DNA of 19,037 nucleotides from Phycisphaerae bacterium. GTDB taxonomy: Bacteria; Planctomycetota; Phycisphaerae; UBA1845; Fen-1342. Position numbers and translations under genes: made by a program. Below, one piece after another: positions 5,242 to 15,069 of this stretch (its first letter is position 1; every line of letters begins with the position of its first letter). The notes beneath the pieces were generated by a model. The model saw only the letters and a list, made by a program, of their open reading frames with translations. It searched no databases and was not told the origin of the DNA. Location of the stretch: assembly GCA_050115495.1 (NCBI GenBank), contig JASFQK010000060.1, positions 1-19,037 on the forward strand. Direction: 5' to 3'.

Positions 5242-7997
5242 GGGGTGGGTTGGTGGTTGCGTTCGGCTAGGGCGCGGTAGTAGGCATCCAGGACGGCGCG
5301 GAGGTGGGCGGGGACCTGTTGCTCGGGGGGCGGGACGATGCGGCCGAGGTCGTCGGTCGCCGACTGGCCGGGGGTCACGCCCGTGTTCACGTTGTCGCCG
5401 GGACCGGTGCCCTGCTGCACGGATGCGTCGCCCACGTTGATCGCGTGATAGAGCCGGTTCAACGCCGCGTCGAATTCGCCAGTGCGCGACATGGTGTCGT
5501 ACAGCCGTTCGAGCGCCTTCACGAAGGCGTTGGCCTGCGGCGGTGACCAGCCCATCTCGACCAGGTCGTCCTCGGTGATCTCCTCGCCGCGACGCAGCAT
5601 CTCCAGCAGGTCGATCGTCTCGGCCAGGCCCTCGGATTCCGCCGCCGCCAGCTCGGGCGGTTCGGCGTCGTCCGGCTCGTCGGCGGGCTGCGACGCGGGC
5701 GGTGGCGTGTCGTCGGCGGGCTGAGTGGCCGGTGTCTGCGGCGGTTGCGGTTCGTCGGGCGGCTGTTGCGGGTTGGCGGATTCTGGCGGATTTCCCTCGC
5801 CGGGCTCGGGGGTGGACGGCTCGTCGGGCTTGGCGGGGTCCTCCGAGGGTTGATCGGGGGGCGAGTCTGGTTGTTCGTCGGCATCCGGGTCGGACTGGGG
5901 TGGCTGCTCCGGCGGGTTCTCACGGGAGGGCTCGTTCGACGGGGGCTGTTCCGCGGATTGCTCGCCGTCCTGTGGCTGGGAGGTCGGCTGGCCCTGTTCG
6001 GACTCGTCGCCCTGGTCCTGGCCGGCGTTCTCCTGCTGCTCGCGTTCCCGCAGACGGCGTTCAACGTCGCGGGCCATCTCGCCGTGACGCTCGATGAAGC
6101 GTTCGAGCTCCTCCTCGGCGTCGCCACCTTCGCCGGTGCCGTCGGAGGCTTCACTGTCGGCGGGAGCCGAGGTTGGGCTCTCGGCGTCTTCGCCCCCCTG
6201 CTCCGCCGGCTGGCTAGTCGGTTCGTCGCCCTCACCTTCTTCGCCCGTACCTTCCTCGCTGGCGTCCTCTTCGCCGGTGCCCTGCTCGTCGTCGTTCTCT
6301 TCTTCGCCGGCTTGCTCCTCGCCTGTTTCGGATTCGTCGCCCTCGCCCTGTTCGGGTTGGGAGGTGGGTTCGTCGCCGTCGGTGGTCGGCGTGTCGTCAC
6401 TGGCGTCGCGCGTAAGCGTGATGACGCGGCTGGCGGCGGTTTGGGGAGCGAACGTACCGTCGAGCTGGGCGCGGTTGTCGGTGACTTCGAACCAGACGCG
6501 GGCGCGGTCGCCGGGTCTCGGAACCAGCGGCTCGGTCGGGACGATGATTCGCTGCCGGCATTCATCTGCCGAGCCGGTCCCGACCAGCGGCAGCCGAACG
6601 GTGGCACCGTTGTACTCGTGGACGAGGCAGAGGCCGGCCACACGGACGTCGTCGTTGGCGACCGCGACCAGCTCCGGCTGGTCGGCGACGTTCACGACCT
6701 CTTCCTCTTCGGGCGAGTCGGCGGACGGAGCGGGCGGGTCGACGATCTCGACGGCGGGCGGAGCATCCGGGCGAACGATGATGCGCTGGCGGAACGGGTC
6801 GCGGCAGGCGTAGCCGTGGCGATCGTTGAACTCGATGCGATACTCGCCACTGTCGACGAGGAGCATGGCTTGCGAGAACCGCCGGGCGTCGTCGGGGTCA
6901 ACGGTCATGCGCGTGCGCGTCTCGCGCTGACCGACGAGGACGAAGACGGCATCGCGCACGTCGACGTTGGCTCGCAGATGGAACGTGGCCTGGGTGCCGG
7001 CGAGAACGTTCAGCTCGCCGGCGGCGACGGTCCGCACCGGCCAGCCGGTGTAAGCGGGCGGGCGGAGGTCGATCTCGACGTCGGCAACGACGGGCTGCGG
7101 TTGGACGTCGATCACGCCCGTAAGCGTTCCATCGCCGGCGGAGACACGGTAGGGAATGTCGTCGCGAACCTCGTGGGGGGCGAGCATCAGTTGCCAGTGG
7201 CCGGTGGGACCGGTTTCGACGGGCCGGAAGCGGTACCGGAGCCGGGGATCGGCGGCAGCGGGCGACCCGGGCGAGGTCACGTCGAAGAGGACTTCGTCGG
7301 GCACGCGGCCCCCTACCGCAACGGTGATGCGCAGCTCCTCGCCGGCGTGGACGATGTCGCCCGGGGCGGGTTCGAGCCAGGTGAGGCGGGTGGCGGTCGG
7401 GGCGGCCAGGTCCATGCCGAGGAACCGGCCCAGTGACGGACCGACGGCCTTCGGCGAAACGAGGATGTAGACCGCCCAGGCCAGGAGCGCTGCGATAGCC
7501 ACGGCCAGGGGGGCGGCCGACGCCGGCGTCTCGCCCAGCCGGGCGGGCGGGTGGCGGCGGACGTCGCGGGCGGCCTGACGCTGGGCGGCGTCGAGGACGC
7601 CGACGCGTGCCGAGCCACCCCGCAGCAGGAGGGCGTTGATGATCGAGTTGTGGCGGATGCCGCCGGCCCGTTCGAGCAGCCGGGCGAGAAAGAGGCGGTT
7701 CCAGCGGCGGGTCAGGGCCCGCACCGTGAGCCAGGTGCAGAGCACGGTCAGGCCGACCGCCCAGATCAGGACTGCCCCGGTGAGCAAGGTTCGCGGCAGG
7801 CCGTGGGGCCAGATATGGTCGGCAACGACGGCCAGGAGGGGGAAAACGGCTCCCGCGGCCAGCAGCGTGCCCGCCTGCCCCAGGAAAGCCCGGGCGGCGA
7901 GACGGCGGCCGCAGCGGTCCAGTTCAGCGTCGACGACGGCCGCCGCGGACGCCCGCCGGACCGGTGTACTGTTGGGCGGAGCGTTGGTGCGTCCCAT
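5238..7997 (-). CDS. Large membrane-anchored protein, DUF4175-like (about 3 TM helices, Ig-like region, acidic/Pro-rich tail)
   Basis: Three hydrophobic helices around NSIINALLL; motifs PPAYTG, GEYRIEF, PDAPPAVEI, ANDDVRV and the C-terminal VPAHLRAVLDAYYRALA. Start uncertain (ATG 7997 or 8006). Confidence 0.75.
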   Translation of the reverse strand: MGRTNAPPNSTPVRRASAAAVVDAELDRCGRRLAARAFLGQAGTLLAAGAVFPLLAVVADHIWPHGLPRTLLTGAVLIWAVGLTVLCTWLTVRALTRRWNRLFLARLLERAGGIRHNSIINALLLRGGSARVGVLDAAQRQAARDVRRHPPARLGETPASAAPLAVAIAALLAWAVYILVSPKAVGPSLGRFLGMDLAAPTATRLTWLEPAPGDIVHAGEELRITVAVGGRVPDEVLFDVTSPGSPAAADPRLRYRFRPVETGPTGHWQLMLAPHEVRDDIPYRVSAGDGTLTGVIDVQPQPVVADVEIDLRPPAYTGWPVRTVAAGELNVLAGTQATFHLRANVDVRDAVFVLVGQRETRTRMTVDPDDARRFSQAMLLVDSGEYRIEFNDRHGYACRDPFRQRIIVRPDAPPAVEIVDPPAPSADSPEEEEVVNVADQPELVAVANDDVRVAGLCLVHEYNGATVRLPLVGTGSADECRQRIIVPTEPLVPRPGDRARVWFEVTDNRAQLDGTFAPQTAASRVITLTRDASDDTPTTDGDEPTSQPEQGEGDESETGEEQAGEEENDDEQGTGEEDASEEGTGEEGEGDEPTSQPAEQGGEDAESPTSAPADSEASDGTGEGGDAEEELERFIERHGEMARDVERRLREREQQENAGQDQGDESEQGQPTSQPQDGEQSAEQPPSNEPSRENPPEQPPQSDPDADEQPDSPPDQPSEDPAKPDEPSTPEPGEGNPPESANPQQPPDEPQPPQTPATQPADDTPPPASQPADEPDDAEPPELAAAESEGLAETIDLLEMLRRGEEITEDDLVEMGWSPPQANAFVKALERLYDTMSRTGEFDAALNRLYHAINVGDASVQQGTGPGDNVNTGVTPGQSATDDLGRIVPPPEQQVPAHLRAVLDAYYRALAERNHQPTP

Positions 7998-8004
7998 ATG
8001 TTCC

Positions 8005-8010
8005 ATTCTA
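8005..8010 (-). promoter_or_regulatory. -10-like TAGAAT 7 nt before ATG 7997 (possible leaderless transcript)
   Basis: - strand ccga TAGAAT ggaacat ATG. Confidence 0.4.
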
Positions 8011-8065
8011 TCGGATAAGGGCAACGGGACGGCTGGATATGCGGACCAACGAGGGCAACGCGTGT

Positions 8066-8094
8066 TTGACGAAGGCGGCGGCACTTGGCACAAT
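8066..8094 (+). promoter_or_regulatory. Sigma70-type promoter for the + strand envelope operon
   Basis: TTGACG (8066-8071), 17 nt, CACAAT (8089-8094) preceded by TGn (extended -10). Confidence 0.6.
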
Positions 8095-8127
8095 GCGGGT
8101 TTCAGTAACCCGTGTGGAGATCGACAG

Positions 8128-8631
8128 ATGGGGCGAGGTACGTCTGGTCGCAGGAGTTACTGTCGGCGGGTGCTGTGTGGGCTCGCGGCACTCACGGCGG
8201 GTACGCTCCTCGGAGCGTGCACGTCCTCTTCCGGTACGATCGGGCCGGGCGCGTCGGGCACGACCGCCTCGGCCATGCAGCACCCGATGCTGGAGGGCAT
8301 CCCGATCCCGTCGGGGTTCAGCTTGGTAGACGACCGCAGTTTCGGCTGGAAGACGGGGACGCTGCGTACGGCGAACTGCGAATTCGCCGGCAGCACGGGT
8401 GTAGCCGAGGTGAACCGCTTCTACCGCGAGTACATGCCGTCGGCGGGATTCACGCTACGGCAGGAGCGTTTCGACCGCGGTGAGTACGTGATGGAGTTTG
8501 ACAGCACGAATGAGCGCAGCACGGTGCGCATTCGTCGCGAGAGTTTCAAGACGATTCTGATCGTGGACGTCAGCCCGACGCCACGGGGTTCGGCCGAGCG
8601 CGACGTCAAGCCGCCGACCCGCCGCCCGTGA
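8128..8631 (+). CDS. Uncharacterised lipoprotein (167 aa)
   Basis: GGAGA RBS at 8116-8120; basic n-region plus LLGAC lipobox; IPIPSGF...VNRFYREYMPSAGF mature region. The track ORF extension back to 7636 is antisense to a real gene. Confidence 0.75.
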   Translation: MGRGTSGRRSYCRRVLCGLAALTAGTLLGACTSSSGTIGPGASGTTASAMQHPMLEGIPIPSGFSLVDDRSFGWKTGTLRTANCEFAGSTGVAEVNRFYREYMPSAGFTLRQERFDRGEYVMEFDSTNERSTVRIRRESFKTILIVDVSPTPRGSAERDVKPPTRRP

Positions 8632-8660
8632 GCGCGAGAGTAACCGACTGAGGTCATGCA

Positions 8661-9488
8661 ATGGACGCCGATACCAGGCATCAACTGAAAACCAACGAAC
8701 TGGGCGAGGCCCTGTCGAAGCTGCGGAGTTTCTCGAGCGATCGGCAGACGCGGCTGTGGCTGCTGGTGATTGTGCTCGTCCTGGCCGCGTGGGGCGCTTA
8801 CCGCTACTGGAACTACGCCCGCGTCGCCAGCGTCACGCAGGCGTGGTACGATCTCGAGCAGATCAACCGCAAGCGCGCCGCCGGCGAGAGCGCCGCTTCG
8901 ACCATGGCCGAGCTCAAGACGCTGATCGACGGCACGTCCAACCCCGCCGTGCGGACGACGGCGCGAATCCGGCTGGCGGCGACGCTGCACCAGCAGGCCG
9001 AGGAAAACCCGGACGAGTACGACGAGTACATCAAGCAGGCGGTGGCGGCGCTCGAGCCCGTTCTGAGCGACACGGAAGCACCGCCGGCGCTGGTGGCCGC
9101 GGCCATGTTCGCCCTGGCGACCGATCATGAGTCGTTGCGGCAGTATGACGAGGCGCAGACGCTGTACGAGAAGCTGCGTGACGACGAGCGTTTCGTGGGC
9201 AGTCCGTTCTACGAGGCCGCCGACATGCGGCTCGAAACGCTGGACGAGCTACGTCAGCGGGTGACGTTCCTGCCGGGCAGCGCCCCGCCGCCCGCGCCGC
9301 CGCCGCCGCCGGCGAGCCAGCCGGAGCAGCCGCCGATTTCGGTGATGCCGGCCAATGCGGCGATGCCGCTCGAGCCGATACCCGAGCCCGTGGCGAAGAA
9401 ACCAGAGGAAAACGCGACCGGCGAGACCCAGCCTCCCGCCGAACCGGAAGCCGTCCCGCCGCCGCCCAGCACCCAGCCAGTGCCGTGA
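8661..9488 (+). CDS. YfgM-like TPR protein with a single N-terminal TM helix and Pro-rich tail
   Basis: RHQLKTNEL N-terminus, TM helix LWLLVIVLVLAAWGAY, TPR-like helices (AMFALA...YDEAQTLYEKL); GAGG upstream. Confidence 0.75.
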   Translation: MDADTRHQLKTNELGEALSKLRSFSSDRQTRLWLLVIVLVLAAWGAYRYWNYARVASVTQAWYDLEQINRKRAAGESAASTMAELKTLIDGTSNPAVRTTARIRLAATLHQQAEENPDEYDEYIKQAVAALEPVLSDTEAPPALVAAAMFALATDHESLRQYDEAQTLYEKLRDDERFVGSPFYEAADMRLETLDELRQRVTFLPGSAPPPAPPPPPASQPEQPPISVMPANAAMPLEPIPEPVAKKPEENATGETQPPAEPEAVPPPPSTQPVP

Positions 9489-10510
9489 GCCACGAGGACC
9501 GCATCCTCGACCGACCGATTCCCATCGACGAAGACACTGCGGAGCGCGTACGGCTGCACATTCGGCGGAAGCTGCCGGGTCGACGGCTGGATCGCTATCT
9601 GCACGGGCGGTTTCCGCACCTGTCGCGGACGGCGGTGCAGCGGCTGATCAAGCAAGGGGCGGTCACGGTCAACGGGCGGCCGACCAAGTCCAGCTACGAG
9701 ATGAGCGGCGGGGACGTTATCGAGCTGACCATTCCGCCGCCCGAGCCGCGCGAGGTCGTCCCCGAGAACATCCCGCTGGACATCGTCTACGAGGACGACT
9801 TCATCCTCGCTTTGAACAAGCAGGCGGGCATCGTCTGTCACCCGGCGCGCGGCGACCAGACGGGCACGCTGGCCAACGGGCTGGTCTACTACGCCGGCAC
9901 GCTCAGCCACGGCTCCGACCCCTTCCGCCCGGGCATCGTGCACCGCCTGGACAAGAACACCACGGGCGTCATGCTGGTCGCCAAGACCGACGAGGCCCAC
10001 TGGCGTCTGTCGCTCCAGTTCGAGCGGCGAACGATCCAGAAGACGTACCTAGCGGTGGTGCACGGAACGCCGGAGCTGGACGGGGACAAGATCGACGCCC
10101 CGATCGGCGTGCACCCGGTGGTCCGCGAGAAGTTCGCCGTCATGGTGCAGGAGAACCGGATCGACATCGCGAAGAGCGCGGTCACGTTCTACGAGGTGAT
10201 GGAGCGTTTCCGCGGCTTCACGCTGGTCAAGCTCCAGCCGAAGACCGGACGGACGCACCAGCTTCGCGTGCACATGTCGTATCTCGGACATCCGATGGTC
10301 GGGGACACGATGTACGGCGGGAAGGCGATCAGCTACGCCGACCTCGCCGGCGAGGGGCCGACCGAGCCGCTGATCCCCTACCAGGCGCTGCACGCCTGGC
10401 AGATCGAATTCCGACATCCCATTACCGAAAAGCCGATGCACATCGAGGCCCCCTTCCACGGCCTCTTCCGTGAGCTGGTCCAGATTCTGCGGAGCACACG
10501 AGGTGTTTGA
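9485..10510 (+). CDS. rluD: RluA-family 23S rRNA pseudouridine synthase (RluD-like, with S4 domain)
   Basis: RLDRYL S4 domain, NKQAGIVCHP, GIVHRLDKNTTG catalytic motif, TGRTHQLRVH, GDTMYG, QALHA; GTGA overlap with the upstream gene. Confidence 0.92.
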   Translation: MSHEDRILDRPIPIDEDTAERVRLHIRRKLPGRRLDRYLHGRFPHLSRTAVQRLIKQGAVTVNGRPTKSSYEMSGGDVIELTIPPPEPREVVPENIPLDIVYEDDFILALNKQAGIVCHPARGDQTGTLANGLVYYAGTLSHGSDPFRPGIVHRLDKNTTGVMLVAKTDEAHWRLSLQFERRTIQKTYLAVVHGTPELDGDKIDAPIGVHPVVREKFAVMVQENRIDIAKSAVTFYEVMERFRGFTLVKLQPKTGRTHQLRVHMSYLGHPMVGDTMYGGKAISYADLAGEGPTEPLIPYQALHAWQIEFRHPITEKPMHIEAPFHGLFRELVQILRSTRGV

Positions 10511-11948
10511 CACAACCGGCCCGGAGCCGCGACGGCGGCACGTCGCCCGTGTCCTGCTCATCGTCGGCGTCCTGCTGGCGCTGCCCGGGGTTACGTTTGC
10601 CCAGAGTGGCCGGCAGCAGGTCGCCCAGCAATTGGCCACGCTGCTCGGCGCTGTGCCGAAGGGCACGCACGTCGGGCTGGTCGTGGCCGACGCCGCCAGC
10701 GGTGAGCGCTGGTTCGCGCAGGCGAATGATGAGCCGCTGAAGCCGGCGAGCGTGCTGAAGCTGTTCGTGACGGCGGCGGCACTCGAATACCTGGGGCCGG
10801 ACTTCCGCTACGAGACGCGGGTCTATCTGCGCAACGACGAGTTGTGGGTGTGCGGGGCCGGCGATCCGTCGCTTGGTGATGAACGCATCGCGCGCCGTGA
10901 CGGGCAGTCACTGCTGTTTCCGTTTGAAGACTGGGCGGAGGCCCTGCGGGAGCGCGGCGTGCGCACGCTCAGCCGGCTGGTGCTCGATGACGGCGTGTTC
11001 GAGCACACGTGGCGGCACCCGGACTGGCCGGAGAGCCAGTCCGACACGTGGTACCAGGCACCAGTGGGCGGGCTCAACTTCAACGATAACTGCCTGGACG
11101 CATCGGTGCGGCTGGAGAGCGGCGATGTGCGCTTAGTGCTGCGGCCGCCGCTGCCGGCCAGTTTCTACGAAAACGGGCTGACCATCGGCAGCCGGCAACG
11201 CCCGCTCGTCCGCCGGGCTCCCGACCGCGACGTGTTCGAGTTCAGCGGTACGGTGAAGCGCGACGGGCCGCTCGGTCCGGTCAGCGTCTATCGGCCGACG
11301 GTCTTCTTCGGTCACGCGCTGCGGGAGGTGCTGCGACAGCGCGGGATCGACGTGCAAGGGCCGGTGGTGCGGCGCATCTTCGGTCCGGAGGCGCACGACG
11401 GGACCATCCGGGTAGCCACGCACGTCACGCCGCTGAGCGACGTGCTGTGGCGGGCGAACACGTTCAGCCAGAATCTCTTCGCCGAGTGTTTGCTGAAGTC
11501 GCTGGCAGCGTACGGACCGGACGGTCAGCGAAACGGGCAGGAAGGCTCATGGCTGACGGGCGTGGCGCGGATGCGGACGGTGCTGGGCAAGCTCGGAGTG
11601 GACACGACGACCGCGGTATTCCGCGACGGTAGCGGGCTGAGCCACAGCAACCGCGTCACCGCCGACCAGGTCGTCGAACTGCTGCTGCACATGAACCGGC
11701 ACCGCTGCCGCGAGATGTTTCTCACCAGTCTGGCGCAGCCGGGCGAAAGTGGTTCCATGCGCACGCGTTATGCCGACCCGGTGCTGGCCGGGAAGCTGCG
11801 AGCGAAGACGGGATCGCTTAGCGGCGTGCGGGCGCTGGCGGGGTACGTGCAGCGGGAGGACGGGACGACGCTCGTGTTCGCCGTGCTGTGTAACGGCCCG
11901 AGCGACGCGGACCTGCCGCTGAAGGTGGCGCGGATCCTGGTGAAGTAG
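10503..11948 (+). CDS. dacB: D-Ala-D-Ala carboxypeptidase/endopeptidase PBP4 (peptidase S13)
   Basis: PASVLK (SxxK), GAGDPSL, SQN (SxN), DGSGLS, AKTGSL; signal peptide. GTG start at 10503 chosen (GGAG upstream). Confidence 0.93.
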   Translation: MFDTTGPEPRRRHVARVLLIVGVLLALPGVTFAQSGRQQVAQQLATLLGAVPKGTHVGLVVADAASGERWFAQANDEPLKPASVLKLFVTAAALEYLGPDFRYETRVYLRNDELWVCGAGDPSLGDERIARRDGQSLLFPFEDWAEALRERGVRTLSRLVLDDGVFEHTWRHPDWPESQSDTWYQAPVGGLNFNDNCLDASVRLESGDVRLVLRPPLPASFYENGLTIGSRQRPLVRRAPDRDVFEFSGTVKRDGPLGPVSVYRPTVFFGHALREVLRQRGIDVQGPVVRRIFGPEAHDGTIRVATHVTPLSDVLWRANTFSQNLFAECLLKSLAAYGPDGQRNGQEGSWLTGVARMRTVLGKLGVDTTTAVFRDGSGLSHSNRVTADQVVELLLHMNRHRCREMFLTSLAQPGESGSMRTRYADPVLAGKLRAKTGSLSGVRALAGYVQREDGTTLVFAVLCNGPSDADLPLKVARILVK

Positions 11949-12067
11949 ACGGCGGGCGGGGGGTCTTGTGTCCGCGGGCCGGCCGGGGACAATGGGGGAC
12001 CGATTGTCCGGCGCGGACGAACGAGCGTACCTGCCGGCGTTAACCCTGACCGACAGAGGAGCACATA

Positions 12068-12703
12068 ATGAAGCGAACGTGGCTGGCCGGCCTGCTGGCC
12101 GGTGCCGGAATGGCGCTGATCGTGATGACGGTGACCAGCGGATTGCACGCCCAGGGGGCGGCGGCGCCGACGGGCCGGGTGGCCTGCGTCGACGTGGGCC
12201 GGGCCTTCAACGAATATCAGCGGATGAAGGACATCAACGAGGAGCTGAAGGCGCTCCAGCAGAAGCTGGAGGTGGAGAACGAGACGCGGGTCAAGGCCAA
12301 CGACGCCCTCCAGGCCACGGTGGACGCGATGGCCGCGGATGACCCGACTCGTGCCAAGAAGCTGTCCGAGCTGCTCGAAGCGGAAGTCTCCCGCCGAACG
12401 TGGGCCGAGGTGCAGCAGGCGCACATGGCTCGCGAACTGGCCCTGGCCACGGACCGGATTTACCGCGACGTGCTGGCGGCGACGGAAGAGGTGGCCCGGC
12501 AGGCTGGGTACGACCTCGTGGTGTACAGCGATGAATATCCGCCGGGCCCACCGTCGATCGACCTGAACGAGCTGCGCGACGTGATGCGTAGCCGCAAGCT
12601 GCTGTACGCGAACCAGGCGGTGGACATCACGCAGGCTGTGCTGGACCAGCTCAACAACGAGTACAAGGCGAAGCCGCACACGCAGGAACTGATGGTCCCG
12701 TAG
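12068..12703 (+). CDS. skp: OmpH/Skp outer-membrane protein chaperone
   Basis: Signal peptide, VACVDV, coiled coil, GYDLVV, VDITQAVL; GAGGAG RBS; lies directly before lpxD. Confidence 0.85.
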   Translation: MKRTWLAGLLAGAGMALIVMTVTSGLHAQGAAAPTGRVACVDVGRAFNEYQRMKDINEELKALQQKLEVENETRVKANDALQATVDAMAADDPTRAKKLSELLEAEVSRRTWAEVQQAHMARELALATDRIYRDVLAATEEVARQAGYDLVVYSDEYPPGPPSIDLNELRDVMRSRKLLYANQAVDITQAVLDQLNNEYKAKPHTQELMVP

Positions 12704-12721
12704 ACCCCGCGGCGGAAGCGT

Positions 12722-13774
12722 ATGGAATCACCCGTGACAGTCACCGCCGCCGAACTGGCCGCCCTGCTGAAGGGTGTGCTCGAAGGGGACGGTTCGCGGC
12801 GTATTGCCGACGTGGCGACGCTGGAAAACGCCGGCCCGGAGTCGATCTCCTGGCTGACCGGGCCGGAACTCCTGCCGCGGCTGGAGAAGTCGCAGGCGGG
12901 CGTGGTGCTGGCGCCGCCGGAATGCCCCGTTCCCGAGGACCGCACGGTCATCCGCGTGTCCGACCCGGACCTGGCCCTGTGCGACGTGCTGCGGCGGCTC
13001 GCGCCGCCGATGGAGCTGATTCCGCCAGGCGTGCATCCGACGGCGGTGGTCGGTCCGGAAGCGGACGTGACCGGGGCGGCGATCGGGGCGCAGGTGTGCG
13101 TCGGGGCGCGCACGCGTATCGGAGCGGGCACGCAACTTCATCCCGGCGTGCGCATCGGGGCCGACGTGCGCATGGGGCGGGACTGCGTGCTGTGGCCGAA
13201 CGTGGTCGTGCGTGAACGGGTCGTCATCGGTGACCGGGTCATCATTCATCCCAACAGCACGATCGGCGCCGACGGCTTCGGCTATCATCAACGTGGCGGC
13301 CAGCACGTGAAGATCCCGCAGATCGGGACAGTGATCATCGAGGATGACGTCGAGATCGGCGCCAACTCGGCGATCGATCGGGCCCGCAGCGGCGCCACGC
13401 GGATCGGCCGCGGCACCAAGATTGATAACCTGGTGCAGATTGGCCATAATGTGGTGCTCGACGAGGGCTGCCTCATCGTGGCCCAATGCGGGATCTCAGG
13501 CTCTACGACGCTCGGGCACCACGTGGTGCTCGCCGGGCAGGTGGGGCTGATCGACCACCTGCGGATCGGCAACCAGGTGGTCCTCGCGGCGCAGTCGGGC
13601 GTTACGGGCCACATCCCGGACGGGAAGGTCTACCGCGGCACACCGGCCGTGGAAAACATGGAGTACTGCCGGCAGCAGGTCGTCGCGCGGCGCCTGCCCA
13701 AACTGGCGGAACAACTGCGTGAGCTGGCGCGTCGGGTCGAACGCCTTGAATCGGCAGAGAACGATAGAGCGTGA
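12722..13774 (+). CDS. lpxD: UDP-3-O-acyl-glucosamine N-acyltransferase
   Basis: Hexapeptide repeats, IGADGFGY, KIPQIG, VEIGANSAIDR, TKIDNLVQIGHNV. Confidence 0.96.
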   Translation: MESPVTVTAAELAALLKGVLEGDGSRRIADVATLENAGPESISWLTGPELLPRLEKSQAGVVLAPPECPVPEDRTVIRVSDPDLALCDVLRRLAPPMELIPPGVHPTAVVGPEADVTGAAIGAQVCVGARTRIGAGTQLHPGVRIGADVRMGRDCVLWPNVVVRERVVIGDRVIIHPNSTIGADGFGYHQRGGQHVKIPQIGTVIIEDDVEIGANSAIDRARSGATRIGRGTKIDNLVQIGHNVVLDEGCLIVAQCGISGSTTLGHHVVLAGQVGLIDHLRIGNQVVLAAQSGVTGHIPDGKVYRGTPAVENMEYCRQQVVARRLPKLAEQLRELARRVERLESAENDRA

Positions 13775-15056
13775 GGTCGAACTCAGCGGCCAGGGGCTGT
13801 TCACCGGCTTCCCTGTCCGCGTGCGGTTTCGGCCGGCGGCAGCGGGCAGCGGCGTGACGTTCGTGCGCGCCGATCAGCCCGAGCCGATCCGCGTGCCCGC
13901 CCGGGTCGAAAACCTGGCCAAGCGGGCCCGCCGAACGTCCCTCAAGAACGGCACCGTGTCCATCGAGACGGTCGAGCACTGCTTGGCGGCGGTGCGCGGG
14001 CTGGGCATCGACAACCTCGATATCGAGCTGGACAACGCCGAGCTGCCCGGCGGCGACGGAAGCTGCCGCCCGTTCGTCGAGAAGCTCAGCGAGGCCGGCG
14101 TGGTCGAGCTGGAGGCGGAGCGGTGTTACCTGCCGATCCAGCACGTGATCCGCGTTGCGGATGAGGGAGCGGAGCTGGTGGCCTGGCCGGGCGAAGAGGG
14201 CCGGCTCGACGTCTATTACGAATTGGACTACGGGACGGACAACCCGCTGGGCCGGCAGACGTACCGCTTCTCGCTCGAACGCGACACATTCGTCGAGCAA
14301 CTGGCCGGGGCGCGGACCTTCGTGCTCGAACAGGAAGCCCAGCAGTTGCAGGCGGCGGGGCTCGGCAAGCACCTGAAGTACGAGGACATCCTGGTCATCG
14401 GACACGATGGCCCGATCGAGAACAAGTACCACTTCCCGGACGAGTGCGCCCGGCACAAGATCCTCGACCTGGTGGGCGACCTGATGCTGGCCGGCGGCTT
14501 CGTCACCGGGCGCATCTACGCCCGCCGCTCGGGCCACAACCTGAACCAGGAGCTGGCCCGGAGCATCGTCGAGAATGCCGCCGCGGAGCAGTTGCAGGCC
14601 CGCATCAGCGGTCGGCCGCGGCTGGACGTCCGCGCGTTGCAGCGGGTCATGCCGCACCGCTACCCGATGCTGCTGCTGGACCGCGTGATCGAGATGGACG
14701 GTGACCGCCGGGCCGTGGGCATCAAGAACGTCACCATCAACGAGCCCTTCTTCGAGGGGCACTACCCGCGCAGCCCGATCATGCCCGGCGTGCTGATCAT
14801 CGAGGCCATGGCGCAACTGGGCGGCGTTCTGCTGTCCCAGAAGCTGGAACACACCGGCAAAGTGGCCGTGCTGCTCAGCCTGGACAAGGTGAAGTTCCGG
14901 CGGCCGGTGGTGCCGGGCGACCAGCTCGTGCTGGAAGCCCAGGCGGTGCGAGTGAAGTCGCGCACGGGCGAGGTGTTCTGCCAGGCGCGGGTGGCCGGTG
15001 AGCTGGCTGCGGAGGCGGAAGTCCGCTTCATGATGGTGGACGCGGACCCTGATTGA
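13746..15056 (+). CDS. lpxC-fabZ: Bifunctional UDP-3-O-acyl-GlcNAc deacetylase / 3-hydroxyacyl-ACP dehydratase
   Basis: LpxC: QRTI, TVEH, DGS, HKILDLVGDL, SGH. FabZ: PHRYPMLLLDRV, KNVTINEPFFEGHYP, MPGVLIIEAMAQ. TTG start at 13746 overlaps the end of lpxD. Confidence 0.95.
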   Translation: MNRQRTIEREVELSGQGLFTGFPVRVRFRPAAAGSGVTFVRADQPEPIRVPARVENLAKRARRTSLKNGTVSIETVEHCLAAVRGLGIDNLDIELDNAELPGGDGSCRPFVEKLSEAGVVELEAERCYLPIQHVIRVADEGAELVAWPGEEGRLDVYYELDYGTDNPLGRQTYRFSLERDTFVEQLAGARTFVLEQEAQQLQAAGLGKHLKYEDILVIGHDGPIENKYHFPDECARHKILDLVGDLMLAGGFVTGRIYARRSGHNLNQELARSIVENAAAEQLQARISGRPRLDVRALQRVMPHRYPMLLLDRVIEMDGDRRAVGIKNVTINEPFFEGHYPRSPIMPGVLIIEAMAQLGGVLLSQKLEHTGKVAVLLSLDKVKFRRPVVPGDQLVLEAQAVRVKSRTGEVFCQARVAGELAAEAEVRFMMVDADPD

Positions 15057-15069
15057 GAGTCGATGGCGT

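Noticed and set aside
5745..7436. 563-aa hydrophobic + strand ORF
   Set aside because: Antisense shadow of the acidic tail of the DUF4175-like gene; E/D/Q codons read as F/L/V on the other strand.
11945..12010. GTAG-REP at the dacB stop (likewise at the skp, M16 and gnnA-like stops)
   Set aside because: These genes end in G-TAG but lack a family-type stem-loop directly after it, so they were not counted as REP copies.
13746..15056. LpxC-FabZ fusion as a novelty
   Set aside because: Already well known, for example in Bacteroidota.
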